A stretch of DNA of 44,209 nucleotides from Planctomycetota bacterium (GTDB lineage: Bacteria; Planctomycetota; Phycisphaerae; Sedimentisphaerales; Anaerohalosphaeraceae), in contig VRUI01000039.1 of assembly GCA_019456225.1 (NCBI GenBank), forward strand, positions 1 through 44,209. The letters run 5' to 3'. A program made the translations under genes and the position numbers. The first letter of the stretch is position 1, and each line of letters begins with the position of its first letter. Positions 18,106 through 29,700 of this stretch are shown one piece after another. The notes beneath the pieces are model-generated. The model did not search any database. It was not told where the DNA came from and was given only the letters and a program-made list of their open reading frames with translations.

Positions 18106-20382
18106 ATGCCAAAATTACACTATATAATAACTGTTGCGGCGACCTTGGGAGCATTACTTGCCCCGGCAACCTTCTCCGGCCAACTCCCAACCGCTGCCGA
18201 CGTCGACAATCTCTCCAGGTTATCCGCCGCCGCATTTGACGCCTTCATCACAGAGACCTTTCTCCCACGCCGGCAACTGGAGTACAGCGGCCGTTTCATC
18301 GACCCGCAGGACGCCAATAATATTTCCGCCTCTGCCGAAACCGCCGCGACCGCCCTTACAGCAATACTGAAGTCACAGGAAACTGTCCGGCAAAAGATCG
18401 AACTCTACGAAGGCGACGACTGGGACGAACTTTACGGAAAGACTTCGCTCTGGAGAACCTCCGTCGCAGCCGCCCGCCAAACCCGCTGGCGAATCTGCAT
18501 TGTCGATTACCATCATGCAATCGCTTCGCCCGGCAAAAAGAAACAGGCGATGCTTAAAAAAGTCATCGATCAAACCGGCAAAGATTCGAAATTTTCAACA
18601 AACGGAAAAAAACTCTTAAACATACGGGCTAGCTGGGCGATTTCACCCGAAAAGAACACCGAAAATACCATACGCAGGCTCGACTCACTGATCGCCTCAA
18701 GCGGCATCGACAATGAGATCTTTTACCAGGCCATAATAATGAGAATGAAGCTTTCGCGGCAAATAAACGCCCAACAGATTAAAGCCCTCGCAGACAGCCT
18801 GAGAAAGAGCAAACTGAAAAACAACTTCAAACTGCTTTACACGCTCGCCATTGAAGAACTAAAAGCAGGCAGTGACAACATCATCTACTCGATCGCCTCG
18901 CAGCATCCGGCAATACTCGACTTCACCAGCCGGATCATCCTTAAAGACATCGCCGCCAATGCGTCCGATCCGAAACTTCTGGTCAAGACGCTAAAAAACA
19001 AAACCCCTGCCGAGATATCCCTGGCCGCCTTTGAAGCCATCTCAGAAAAAGACTCTAAATACGCCGCCGTCTTCAAGCAATGCTGCCAGATCGAAAAATT
19101 CCAATGCGTACCCGTTTATCTCGCTGCCGCCGAATGCTGCCGGAAAACCGAACCGCTAAAAGCCCTCGACTACTACCTTCAAGCTGCACAAAAGAGCAAA
19201 ACCAGGAAAGACAAACGAGATAAAATTTCAATCGTCCAGATCGCCCGAAGACGTGCAACGCTGGCGTACGAACTGTACTACAAGAACTCAAAGTATTCAG
19301 AAACCGCCAAAGAAGCACTCCAACTATACCTGCAAGAAGCCGCTAATGACAAAGACGAAGACAAAACCGAATACCAGGAACTCGCATACCTCTATGCCTC
19401 GATGGCCATTGGCTCCGGCAATAACGAAAAGGCTCTCAAACTGCTTAAATCCATAGCATCCTCCGCCGGAAAATACGCTGACGAAGCGACACTCGACCTG
19501 ATGTTTTACGATATGAAAAACTCTCACCCGCGTTCGCCCCAGCGCAAAGAACTCATCGTCAAACTCAAAAACTTTATAGACAAACTGAAACCGAAAAAGA
19601 ACAACCGGCCCGGCGTGGAAAAACCGGCAATACGTCTTTACTGCAAACTGCTCATCGAAGAAGGCGGCAAAAAAAACGCGACGACCGTCCTTAAGATACT
19701 GGAAAAAATGCCCTCCCTGCAATCAATTGATATCACGATACTAAAAGCAGCCGCTTTAGCCGAATCCGGCGACCTGGTAAACGCCGCCGAAACCCTCTCA
19801 GCTATCGCCGGCGGCGACAACTCAAAAGGTGCGGCATTAGCCGCGGCAATAGTCGCAGAGATTATCGAAGACATCGACCAATACGAAGACAAGGTCGAAG
19901 ACTTTGACGCCTTCATCAAAAAATGTCTCAAGCTCGCCCATTTCGCCGCCCGATCAATAACCGGCGAAGATCAGGTCGACCAGATCGAAAAGAGATATAT
20001 AGAAATAAGTATTATCGAAACGCGAAAAGGTTCTCAAAGAATCGCCGCCGTCCAATCATTACTAAACGATCGCGCCAGGGGAAAAGACAACGACATAGAC
20101 TGGATGAGATGCCGCGCAAGACTCTATATGAAGCAGGACCAATACACCAAAGCCTTCACGATCTGGAGTTCGATAGCACAGGCAAGAAAACCCCGATCAA
20201 GATCAGCCGACAAACCCCAAAAGTGGTGGAGAGCAAAATACTACGCCCTGAAATCCTACTCAAAAATACCAAACCCAAAAAATAACGACCTGAAAAGAGC
20301 AATCGAAATACTAATAAGCACCAATAAAAACATACCCCAATTCTGGAAGAAAAAACTCATGAACCTGAAAAACAGCAATTGA
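18106..20382 (+). CDS. Large secreted alpha-helical (TPR-like) protein, function unknown
   Basis: Signal peptide MPKLHYIITVAATLGALLAPATFSG. 758 aa, rich in A/K/L with helical-repeat character. Confidence 0.5.
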   Translation: MPKLHYIITVAATLGALLAPATFSGQLPTAADVDNLSRLSAAAFDAFITETFLPRRQLEYSGRFIDPQDANNISASAETAATALTAILKSQETVRQKIELYEGDDWDELYGKTSLWRTSVAAARQTRWRICIVDYHHAIASPGKKKQAMLKKVIDQTGKDSKFSTNGKKLLNIRASWAISPEKNTENTIRRLDSLIASSGIDNEIFYQAIIMRMKLSRQINAQQIKALADSLRKSKLKNNFKLLYTLAIEELKAGSDNIIYSIASQHPAILDFTSRIILKDIAANASDPKLLVKTLKNKTPAEISLAAFEAISEKDSKYAAVFKQCCQIEKFQCVPVYLAAAECCRKTEPLKALDYYLQAAQKSKTRKDKRDKISIVQIARRRATLAYELYYKNSKYSETAKEALQLYLQEAANDKDEDKTEYQELAYLYASMAIGSGNNEKALKLLKSIASSAGKYADEATLDLMFYDMKNSHPRSPQRKELIVKLKNFIDKLKPKKNNRPGVEKPAIRLYCKLLIEEGGKKNATTVLKILEKMPSLQSIDITILKAAALAESGDLVNAAETLSAIAGGDNSKGAALAAAIVAEIIEDIDQYEDKVEDFDAFIKKCLKLAHFAARSITGEDQVDQIEKRYIEISIIETRKGSQRIAAVQSLLNDRARGKDNDIDWMRCRARLYMKQDQYTKAFTIWSSIAQARKPRSRSADKPQKWWRAKYYALKSYSKIPNPKNNDLKRAIEILISTNKNIPQFWKKKLMNLKNSN

Positions 20383-20395
20383 CCTGAAAAAAAAC

Positions 20396-20650
20396 ATGCA
20401 AAACACCCTTTTTTGCCATAAAACGCCAAAACCTTGCAATTACACGTCTAATTTTACGCAGAAAAAAAAAGGTTTTACGTTAATCGCACTTCTGCTCGCA
20501 ATCCTCATGCCGTCACTCAGGAAAGCTAAACAGATCGCCCGAGATGTAATCTGCCGATCAAACCTAAAACAATGGGGACTCTTAAATGGCACAGAGATTT
20601 CAATACCTCCGGTTATATCGCCAATGGCAAGACCTGGCCGACATGGATGA
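20396..20650 (+). CDS. Prepilin-type N-terminal (pseudopilin/DUF1559-like) protein, probably truncated or degenerate
   Basis: 'KKGFTLIALLLAILMPSLRKAKQ...SNLKQ' resembles the GFTLIELL cleavage/methylation domain. The usual Glu+5 is replaced by Ala. An A9 homopolymer sits immediately before the motif. No ATG is placed conventionally. Only about 60 residues follow the motif. Confidence 0.35.
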   Translation: MQNTLFCHKTPKPCNYTSNFTQKKKGFTLIALLLAILMPSLRKAKQIARDVICRSNLKQWGLLNGTEISIPPVISPMARPGRHG

Positions 20651-20917
20651 ATAAATATACCGACTTTTAGACGCTTTTAATGTCTGATTCGCTTGAAAAT
20701 TCACAAAACTAACTTTATCGCATATTTTGGAGATTAATTGCTGCTTTAGCGATTCCTGAGATGCGATATCATAATATTTTCGCCGCGGCAGTAATTCAAT
20801 GTCACAAATCGCTTGATTTTCAATGCCGGTTTGTGTACAATTAGATTATCATCATCAAACGACTAAAAACTAAAGACTATCGACTAAATAAGCCGAACAC
20901 ATCTCGGAGTATATATA

Positions 20918-22189
20918 ATGGCAAAGAAAACAAATAGCTCAGGCAGGCATAAAGAGACGTGCAGTTTCTGCGGCAGATCAAAAAAACAGGTTGACGCCTT
21001 CGTCGAAGGCCCGGGCGGCGTATTTATATGCCCCGAATGCATCGACCTTTGCTACAACATCGTCCGCCAGGAGCGAAAACGCCAAAGCGGCGCGTCGGTA
21101 TTCCTAAAAGACGCTCCAAAACCCAGAGAGATCAAAGAATTTCTCGACGAATACGTCATCGGGCAGAACCATGCCAAAAAATGCCTCGCCGTCGCCGTAC
21201 ACAACCACTATAAGAGACTTTTGCATACAGACTCAACCGATGAAGAGGTCGAGATCGAAAAATCCAACATCCTTCTGATCGGCCCGACCGGCTCGGGAAA
21301 AACACTGCTCGCAAAGACACTGTCCAAGGTACTCCACGTACCGTTCGCTATCTGCGACGCGACAACCGTAACAGAAGCCGGTTACGTCGGAGAAGACGTC
21401 GAAAACTTCCTGCTCAGACTTCTGCAGTCGGCTGACTACGACGTCGAAGCCGCCCAGCAGGGAATCGTCTACATCGACGAGATCGACAAGGTCGGAAAAA
21501 CAAACCAGAACGTTTCGATAACGCGTGACGTATCGGGCGAAGGCGTCCAGCAGGCACTTCTGAAAATGCTCGAAGGCACAACTGCCAACATTCCACCGCA
21601 GGGCGGAAGAAAGCACCCCGAACAATCCTACATCCAGCTCGACACTTCGCAGATCATGTTCATCTGCGGCGGAACCTTCGTAGGGCTCGAAGACATCATC
21701 AAGAAACGCCTCGGCAGAAAGCTGATCGGATTTTCAAGCGAACAAAGCGGGCACAAAGACACCGCATCAGAATACAGCGAGGTACTCAGCCAGGTAACCC
21801 CCGAAGACGTCATCGAGTACGGCATGATCCCGGAGATGATGGGAAGACTGCCGATCCTGACAACGCTGGAAGAGCTCGACGTAGATGCACTCATCGAGAT
21901 CCTTACAGAACCGAAAAACGCACTGGTAAAACAGTACAAGAAATTATTCGAGATGGAAGGCGCAGAGCTGCAGTTCACCAGCGCCGCACTGGAACTGCTC
22001 GCCGAAAAGGCCATCCAGCGAAACACCGGGGCAAGAGCACTCCGCGCAACGATGGAAAACCTGATGATCGACATCATGTACCAGCTGCCCGACGAACAAA
22101 AAGGCGGAATCTACAAAATAACAGAAGATATAATAGAAGGCGAAACAGACATCTTCGAAACCACCCAGCCAATAAAAGAATCAGCATAA
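20918..22189 (+). CDS. clpX: ATP-dependent Clp protease ATP-binding subunit ClpX
   Basis: N-terminal C4 zinc finger 'CSFCGRS...CPECIDLC'. Walker A '[18 protein letters not shown]'. ClpX signature 'GYVGEDVEN'. 423 aa. Confidence 0.95.
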   Translation: MAKKTNSSGRHKETCSFCGRSKKQVDAFVEGPGGVFICPECIDLCYNIVRQERKRQSGASVFLKDAPKPREIKEFLDEYVIGQNHAKKCLAVAVHNHYKRLLHTDSTDEEVEIEKSNILLIGPTGSGKTLLAKTLSKVLHVPFAICDATTVTEAGYVGEDVENFLLRLLQSADYDVEAAQQGIVYIDEIDKVGKTNQNVSITRDVSGEGVQQALLKMLEGTTANIPPQGGRKHPEQSYIQLDTSQIMFICGGTFVGLEDIIKKRLGRKLIGFSSEQSGHKDTASEYSEVLSQVTPEDVIEYGMIPEMMGRLPILTTLEELDVDALIEILTEPKNALVKQYKKLFEMEGAELQFTSAALELLAEKAIQRNTGARALRATMENLMIDIMYQLPDEQKGGIYKITEDIIEGETDIFETTQPIKESA

Positions 22190-22279
22190 AAAGCTATTCC
22201 AATATACACACAAACAGCCGTCCGGAATAATACACCGGGCAGCTTTTTTGGGCTAATAACGCATTACCAGTGACCCAAA

Positions 22280-23908
22280 TCACCTATCCCACCAAAAAGA
22301 CCCGAAGGATCGTTTCGTTTTAGAGTCGTTTCGCTGCCTACTTCCCAAGCGGTTTTTGCTTAGGGCGGTTATGGCTTTTTGGGTTTTGGTTTTGGTGGTT
22401 TGGTTGAGGTTTTGCAGTGAGTTGGCCCATTTGAGGTATTTGGAAAGGGAATTTTCATATTCCATACCCGAACAGTTTGGAATTAGGTTGATGTGATCGG
22501 CAGTGTCGCCTTGGACCATTTTCAGTACGCTATCTTCGATATGAGTTGGTGAATATGATTGATTTTGCATTGCGCGAAGAATATATCTCCGGACTGTTGT
22601 ACTGGGATCGGTTACAAGAGCCTGATTGACTGCGGCCCATGATTGCTGACCGCCAATAGCCATTAACGAGCAATATAGATGATCACGTTGTACCCGATTT
22701 TTCTCGTCGGCGACCTTCTGCAAAATACTATCACGCAGAGTAGATATTGCCGCAGGTCGATTCTTAATCAGATTGTCAAATGCTTTTTGTACCTTCTGTT
22801 GAGTTGTTACGTCGAGACCGCCGGCTAAACTGGCCCATCTCAGGAATGCTACGAGACGTCTATCAAAAAACAAACCATATTTGTCAATACGATATATATC
22901 ACTTGGCTTTGCACTTTCAGCGATTTGGAGAACAGTATCGATAATTTGGACAGGTGAGTTATTCTCTTTTTCCATCCAAAGGCTCAGAACGTACTCTTTC
23001 ATGCCCTCATGCGGGTCATGAAGAAGTGCGTTGTTGACCGTATCCCAGGATTGTTGTTCGTCGAACGATATAAGTACGCGGTACATTTGGATGCGGTGCC
23101 TGTGTTCGTTTATTGAGGCGACTTGATTTGCAGTGAAATCGCAGAGTTCAAGATTGAATCGTTTGGGCAGTTTGCGGGCTAAGAATTTTTTGAGTAAGAA
23201 GCGACTATAGAGGTCGAAATCTTCTTTGTCAGATAATGCATCGGCGGAATCGATATCCTTTTCATCGGACAACTTTATCAGTGAGATGAGTTCGGAATCA
23301 GCGAACTGTTCGTACAAAGCAAGTGTTTCATTGGTAGAGAGCGGAGACCTGGCTTCTAGCAATTGGAGAACCCGACGTTCCAGGCCAATTTGGGCTTTGT
23401 AGATATTGACGATTTTCTCGCTGGATGGAATTTGGATTCTTTGGTAATACAATTCTTCAAGTGTAATATGCATTGCAGCATATAAGTCGGTTGATTTATT
23501 TTTCTTATAATCTTCAACGCAAAGAAATGAGGCGTATCTTTCATAAGTCAGTGGCGCTTTGGGGAGCGAGTACTTCTTCTTAAGATTTGATGGAAGGCGG
23601 TCAGTCAAACGACCGTAGGCCCAGCCATGGACAACTCCCGAAGCCCCCCAAGCTTTCACAAGTGACCTTCTGTGCAAATTCGGTATCTGATCAGCAGGGA
23701 CTGCGCCGAGTTCGAACAGCCAATCGCGATAAGGTTCCTTTGGAGCAGAACAATAAGAAGTCGCGACAACCGACAAGAGAATAACAGTAACCGTAAGAGA
23801 TATAATTGTCGTTTTCATTCCGTTAAACCTTTTCAATAATATCGCCAAAATTGGCAAACCAGTAGAGACTCCATCTATGTAGACACAATTAGTTATCGAA
23901 TGTTCCAA
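22280..23908 (-). CDS. Membrane-anchored/secreted HEAT-repeat-like protein, function unknown
   Basis: N-terminal hydrophobic segment MKTTIISLTVTVILLSVVATSYC. Internally repeated blocks (SWDTVNNALLHDP... / SWAAVNQALVTDP...) suggest HEAT/PBS-lyase-type repeats. Confidence 0.45.
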   Translation of the reverse strand: MEHSITNCVYIDGVSTGLPILAILLKRFNGMKTTIISLTVTVILLSVVATSYCSAPKEPYRDWLFELGAVPADQIPNLHRRSLVKAWGASGVVHGWAYGRLTDRLPSNLKKKYSLPKAPLTYERYASFLCVEDYKKNKSTDLYAAMHITLEELYYQRIQIPSSEKIVNIYKAQIGLERRVLQLLEARSPLSTNETLALYEQFADSELISLIKLSDEKDIDSADALSDKEDFDLYSRFLLKKFLARKLPKRFNLELCDFTANQVASINEHRHRIQMYRVLISFDEQQSWDTVNNALLHDPHEGMKEYVLSLWMEKENNSPVQIIDTVLQIAESAKPSDIYRIDKYGLFFDRRLVAFLRWASLAGGLDVTTQQKVQKAFDNLIKNRPAAISTLRDSILQKVADEKNRVQRDHLYCSLMAIGGQQSWAAVNQALVTDPSTTVRRYILRAMQNQSYSPTHIEDSVLKMVQGDTADHINLIPNCSGMEYENSLSKYLKWANSLQNLNQTTKTKTQKAITALSKNRLGSRQRNDSKTKRSFGSFWWDR

Positions 23909-24327
23909 ACTATTTGCGTTTTTTCACGGAAAATCAAGTAAAAATTTAATTCAGCTTGGCTTCATTACGTTTTTTTTGGTTATTCGTTATTCCTTGTTCG
24001 TTATTGGATATTCAATTCCAAAGCTTTAAAAACAGGGAATCATTCCATCGTCGGCAGCACTATCTCGCCCGCTGCCGGGAAAGCAAACATGCAAAACAAA
24101 ACAGCCGCCGCAATAACCCTCTTTTTGCTCATTTTAAAAACCCTTTAAGCTTTTCCTGAAACAACCCCATGATACAATAAAAACTCAAAAAAACCAGCAA
24201 AGACCCCGCTTTTATCAAAAAAATAGCCTCAAACGTGAATTATCACGGATGAGGCTTATATATAAACCACCCTACGCGCAGTTTTAAAAACTTTTTTTAG
24301 AAGCCTCGGCCTTTAGGCCGAATCCTC

Positions 24328-24369
24328 AATTCGTAATTCGTAATTCGTAATTAGTAATTCATAATTCCA
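24328..24369. repeat. Heptanucleotide microsatellite (AATTCGT)3 plus three degenerate units
   Basis: The sequence aattcgtaattcgtaattcgtaattagtaattcataattcc was read directly. It is flanked by small hairpins (cggcctttaggccg and caaactg-N9-cagtttg). Confidence 0.85.
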
Positions 24370-24752
24370 AACTGGCCAGCGGTCAGTTTGACTATCTACG
24401 CCAAGCCGCCTTGCGAACCATCAGCGGAGGCATCTGCTGCGGACGAACAATATTCATATTCCGCCGAACACAGCTGTGATCGCTCGGATACCACTTAACA
24501 TCATGCACCCTAACATTCCAGTCACTGCTTATATTCTTTTTCTTTCTTAATTTGAAAGTCATAACTAAACCCGCATATCCATAAAAAACAATTCCGGTCC
24601 TAGCGGTATAATCGGCCCAAACAAAACCCCACTTAACCAACGGCATACCAAATCGGCAACAATCACCCCAAAAAGGCATACAGTCCAATATTATAGGCCC
24701 AAGAACAAATAACTCTTTACACCGCCCCATTAAACAGATAAAGTAACAAAAG

Positions 24753-24775
24753 CCCGAAGCGCCAGCGCAGGGATA
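24753..24775 (+). promoter_or_regulatory. Conserved intergenic motif, copy 2 of 3
   Basis: AAAAGCCCGAAGCGCCAGCGCAGGGATA. About 55 bp upstream of the ATG at 24829. Confidence 0.6.
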
Positions 24776-24828
24776 TCGAGCGAAGCGAGATCGGATACCG
24801 TTTTTTAAAAGTCCAGGAGAATCAAAAT

Positions 24829-25536
24829 ATGGAACCAATAAACAGACAAAGCAAAACAAGCATACATTTCAGCATGTCCTATGCATTTGCCATGCCGTGG
24901 TCGCCGGAGAAAAGCAAAACTCTCGACTTCCAGAAGGCTCTGCTCGACAACGGTCTGGAATTTTCGCAGATCAACACGACCGCCAAACAATTCACTCTCT
25001 TCCGCGCAGAGCACTCACCTCTCCGCGTGGTGGTAGAGTCAAACGGCCCGCAGGTCTGCAGCCTCCACGTAGTCGCGCAAAACCCAACCTGCGACCTGGA
25101 CATGTTCACAATGGACGCGTCTGCCGTATGTTCGGCCTTTATGCAGACCTGGCCCGCCGACCAATACCAGGTTGTCCGACGAGCCGCAAAAATCCACCAC
25201 CTGTACAGCTGCAACACCCACGCGTTCGGTTACCTGTGGGAAAAACGACTCGGCCAGTCGCCTGGCGACTTTAAGGCACTAGGCGGCCGCCCCGTCGCCG
25301 GCGGAGGACTAAGACTGGTAATGCCGCCAACAAACATCGAGGGACAACAGCCAAACTCAATCGAGGTAAGAATAGAATCATTCATGCGGGAGACGACAAA
25401 GCTGTTTATAGAGACGGCAATAGTATGGCCAAAGCCAACAATATTACAAAAGGATGAAAAGCTCGATCCCCAGTCGCTGATGCAGCAAACAGAAGACTAC
25501 GCAACAAACGAAGTATGGAATTTTCTAACCCAGTAA
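24829..25536 (+). CDS. Hypothetical protein (235 aa)
   Basis: RBS-like AGGAGAA 9 nt upstream of the ATG. GC-rich coding-like composition. No recognisable motif. Confidence 0.45.
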   Translation: MEPINRQSKTSIHFSMSYAFAMPWSPEKSKTLDFQKALLDNGLEFSQINTTAKQFTLFRAEHSPLRVVVESNGPQVCSLHVVAQNPTCDLDMFTMDASAVCSAFMQTWPADQYQVVRRAAKIHHLYSCNTHAFGYLWEKRLGQSPGDFKALGGRPVAGGGLRLVMPPTNIEGQQPNSIEVRIESFMRETTKLFIETAIVWPKPTILQKDEKLDPQSLMQQTEDYATNEVWNFLTQ

Positions 25537-25564
25537 CAATGCGTTTGGCCCATGATGTTAATTG

Positions 25565-26713
25565 CTATTCAGTCTTTTTAACTTTCAGCAATCCGTTCTC
25601 AAAATCCATCACGATCACACGCTTCTTGAAAAACTTCATCCCAAGCATAATATTACTATTTTTCAGGGGTTCCTCTTTGGACACATCTATCATTACTCGC
25701 ACATCCCTGAAAACTTCCCCTGCAAATTTAAGTTTCTTAACAATGTAGTATTCGCTTTTGGCAAAACCATTACTCCTCCTTACTCGGCAGCTCTTTGGGC
25801 CTTTATGATCAAGCGATTTGGAAAATTCCTTCCAAAAAGAACTCGCTATATGAATTGCAGATCCCGCCCCGGTATCGAATTGCATCCTGTGTTCTTTTCC
25901 GTTGACCGGGATTGTCACAAACAGGATATCATTGTTTTTTCTTGTTTCAACAACCATCGGAAACTCATCCCACAAAGTCTCGTCGTTGGGGTCAAACGAT
26001 TTGACTGAAAATTCCATATACTTTGACGGAGTATCGATAAGGACATAATCGAATTTTTTAAGCAGCTTAATTCCAAGCAGTATATCATATAAAACCTGCG
26101 AGCTCTTTTTATCAGTCCGTTTCTCAAAATGACCATTTCGTACATTGCAACCCGGGTGAACGAAAGTGACATCTCCAAGTTTTAACTGGCATAGATGGCA
26201 AATCCCCACGATACCGCCATCATTGAATCCCTGAGGGTAATAATCCAGCCCGGCATCTTTAACTATTGCATCACCCACCATCAAATTGCCTGCATAGCCG
26301 GTATCTATCTTTACCGGATACTCAGGCCGAACGCTGCCCTTTTTGCCGTTCCAGCAGCTGCCCATAACAACAGGGATAGCCGTTCCGACAAGATTTAGCC
26401 TTACAGGTTTGCCGATATGTATCCTGGAAGTTTTCCAGTCGATCTCAAAATTATTCGGATCCTTGTTGACAACCGTAAACACCGCGTTATCGTCACCCAT
26501 AATCATATTCGGATCGACTGATTCGAGAACAGAATCCGTAACATAATAAACGTTTATTTCACCGTTACGATTGCAAACATAATACGTCCAGGCTAAACGA
26601 AATGCGCAAAAAATCACCACGCCAAGAAGTACGCCGATCTTAGCCTTCAAACTCAATCTTTTCTCGAATATTCCTATTCCCTTAATTATTTTTGAAATCC
26701 GCGGATTAATCAT
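25565..26713 (-). CDS. Membrane-anchored protein with two retropepsin-like aspartic protease signatures (D-T-G)
   Basis: N-terminal TM helix (IGVLLGVVIFCAFRLAWTYYV). 'KIDTGYAGNLMV' and 'MQFDTGAGSAIHI' are both hydrophobic-hydrophobic-D-T-G-A/Y contexts typical of clan AA aspartic peptidases. Confidence 0.5.
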   Translation of the reverse strand: MINPRISKIIKGIGIFEKRLSLKAKIGVLLGVVIFCAFRLAWTYYVCNRNGEINVYYVTDSVLESVDPNMIMGDDNAVFTVVNKDPNNFEIDWKTSRIHIGKPVRLNLVGTAIPVVMGSCWNGKKGSVRPEYPVKIDTGYAGNLMVGDAIVKDAGLDYYPQGFNDGGIVGICHLCQLKLGDVTFVHPGCNVRNGHFEKRTDKKSSQVLYDILLGIKLLKKFDYVLIDTPSKYMEFSVKSFDPNDETLWDEFPMVVETRKNNDILFVTIPVNGKEHRMQFDTGAGSAIHIASSFWKEFSKSLDHKGPKSCRVRRSNGFAKSEYYIVKKLKFAGEVFRDVRVMIDVSKEEPLKNSNIMLGMKFFKKRVIVMDFENGLLKVKKTE

Positions 26714-29700
26714 CTTCTTCCAGGTTTTTATTAATCAAAGAAATCTGCCGGCTCTTTTTCCCTTTCACACTTTTCTTACCTTTCACACTTTTCGCACTTT
26801 TCTTACCTTTAGCACCCGAAGCCCGCGCCTTTTCTTCCAGCGGCTCGTACTTGGCTTTTAGGGCGTCTACGAGTTGGCCGTAGCCGTTTCGCATTGTTTC
26901 GAAACGGTCTACTATCTGCTTGAAGTATGCTATTCTGTCGGCGTCTTCGTGGTGGACGGGGGTTAGCCAGGTCTCCATTGTTTTGAACTGTTCTTCGAGG
27001 ACCGACACCAGCATATGAGTATCCTTTTCGCTCCGCAGCGACATCTCTTTGTCTTCGTGTTCTGCGAGTTCAACGCCCTGTTTTTTGACCGCCTCGATTA
27101 CCGCGGTAATTTTATTTAGAACTTCGCGGCCGATCTTTTTCAGATCATCGGCAGAGGCATCGCTCTTTTGCGCAGCCGGCATCTCAGGCAGCTGCACCTT
27201 AACCGGCGGCATCTCAAATTTAAACTCAGGCAATTCAATTTTAAGCTCGCCTGCGCCTTTTTCGGCCATCGCGGCCATCCCGCCGGATACCGCCTCCTTA
27301 ATAGAATCTAGCCCTGCACCAAACGAATTAAGCTGGCGAATGATCTTACCCACCTTATCCTCATCGTCACCGCCAAGCAGCTGATTGCGTCCGAACCGCT
27401 TTTTGATATCATCCCACCGCGCGAGTTGCTCATCGTCGAGCTTTCCAAGCATCTCGCGGAACTTTAGCATATTAGCCTCTGCGCCGGTAGTAAGCGTCTG
27501 GGAATCCTGCTCATAGCTGGAGAATATCAGCGTCCACAATTCCGCGTCATTCATAACCGGCAGCACCTTGGACGTAATCCGGTTCATATTACGATACGAC
27601 CCCTGCAAGAGGAACGGAGGCTCGGTCCGATACTCATCGGCCTGGCCGGCAGAGGCGATATACTGCGTATTAACCTTAAGGATAACCTCACGCACAACGT
27701 TAAGCTTTTTCATCGTAGAAACATATTCCTTGATCTCGTCGGCAGAATAGTTCCCCTCAAAATCAACCCCATCCTGCTGGCCGGTCTCGGCGATCTTCAT
27801 GATCGCATAAACATCCTTCTGGCTCCGCTGAGCAAGTTTCTCGAGCACAGGATTACAAGTAAGCGAGTTTTCAACATAACTCATAACAAACTCGTTATAG
27901 TTATCGCCGACAATATCACCAATATTATAAATATCCGCCCGGTTGCTAAGCATATCCGGGATACGGAACTTCTCGCCGCTTTCGGTATAAGGGTTACCCG
28001 CCATAACAACACAAACCCGCTTACCCCGAAGATCGTACGTCTGGCTCTTACCATTGTAAACACCCTCAACCCGCCGCTGAGCATCGCAAAGCGAAATAAA
28101 CTTCTGCAAAAATTCCGGGTTTGTATGCTGAATATCGTCAACATAGATCATAACATTATCGCCCATCTCAAAAGCAAGATTAAGCTTATTAACCTCTTCG
28201 CGCGCCGCCGCATTAGGCGCCTCACCCGGATCAAACGAAGTAACCCCACGCCCGATCGCAGGCCCATTGATCTTCATAAATATCAAACCCAGCCGATTCG
28301 CCATATACTCCATAAGAGTAGTCTTACCATAACCCGGCGGCGAGATCAAAAGCAGCAAACCCTGACAGTCCGTCCGCTTGTTATCATCGGCACTGCCGAT
28401 CTGCTTAGCCAAATTGTCCCCAAGCAGCGGCAGATAAACCTTATCGATAAGCTTATTGCGAACAAAAGTACTAAGCACCCGAGGCCGAAACTCATCCAAA
28501 CGAAGCTCGTCAGCATATCGCTCGACAAGATCCTTCTTAAACTTCTGAAAGCCCACAAACTTCGGCACAACAGAACCGGCATGAACCAGCAAACGAGTCA
28601 TAAAGTGACAATAGTTTAATTGCAGCACCCCGCCGTCGATGGACCCATGCGAACCAACAAGCCCGTTAAGAGCCCTTTCAACAGATTCATCGATTACCTC
28701 ACGTCCATCCTTTACACCAAATATCAAAGCAGCCGCCTCATCGCCATACTCAAGCAAAGAAGCATCCGCGTTATCTTCCAGATACGAAACAACCCACTGG
28801 CTGATCAATCGGAACTTGCCCGCCGCGTCCGCCGAAACAGCCCCGACAGAGGCGCCAAACCCTTCAACAAAATTCTTCTGGCGCAAATGCTTCTCAAAAT
28901 CGGATACAACGTCAGCAGCAACGCGGCTCGCGACAAAATCGCCGCCGCCGGCAAGCTCTCTAAACAAATATTCCGCCGCCGCACCGACAAGCGATTCATC
29001 AAACAACCCGCTAGCCTGAACAAAATCCCAGATCAATTCGGCAAGCTCGGCAACATAGCCCGCCTCAACACTGCCAGCCGTAAACAAACGCCCGATATCC
29101 CCTGCCCCGCGAATCCTGGCACCGATAAGCTCCTTAGCCGCCGCGTCCTCAAACAAATCCCAGAACACAACTCCAAGCGCCCGAGCACGCGAAGGATACC
29201 GAAGCAGCCCGATCGCCGAACCAAGCTCAACCAAAGCAGCCAGAATCTTCGCAGCGTCATGGTCATGAACGCCCTTGACATACCCCTCATCGAACCGCGG
29301 CCCCATAAACGCCTGCACCTTCGCGACAACGGCATCAAACTCAAGCCCCAGCAATTCCGCACATCCGTTATCAGCCGCTTCCATCATCATAAACGCCAAA
29401 TACTCGCTGCGATAAACTTCCTTACTCTCGGAAACCAGCTCCAGATCCCAAACATCCCGAGTCGCCAAAAACTCCTCATCGACAATCGGCATAAAGAACC
29501 CGGTCCCCGTCAGATGATAATACATCCCGTCTTCCCGCTGAACGATCGTCCCTTCGAGTGCCTGCTTGTTAACCGAGAACTTATGATTGCCCAGCCGAAT
29601 AATATTATCGCCGTCTTCATACAATGCCAGTCGGTCCTTGAGCTGGCGGATGGAATTTTGCTGCAAAGTCTTAAGCTGCGTCTTAACATCCTCGGCCTTA

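Noticed and set aside
24392-24859. 155-aa minus-strand ORF
   Set aside because: It lies over an extremely C/A-skewed tract and the conserved intergenic motif. It encodes a Cys/Trp/Arg-rich improbable protein and overlaps the better-supported + strand gene start at 24829. It is treated as non-coding.
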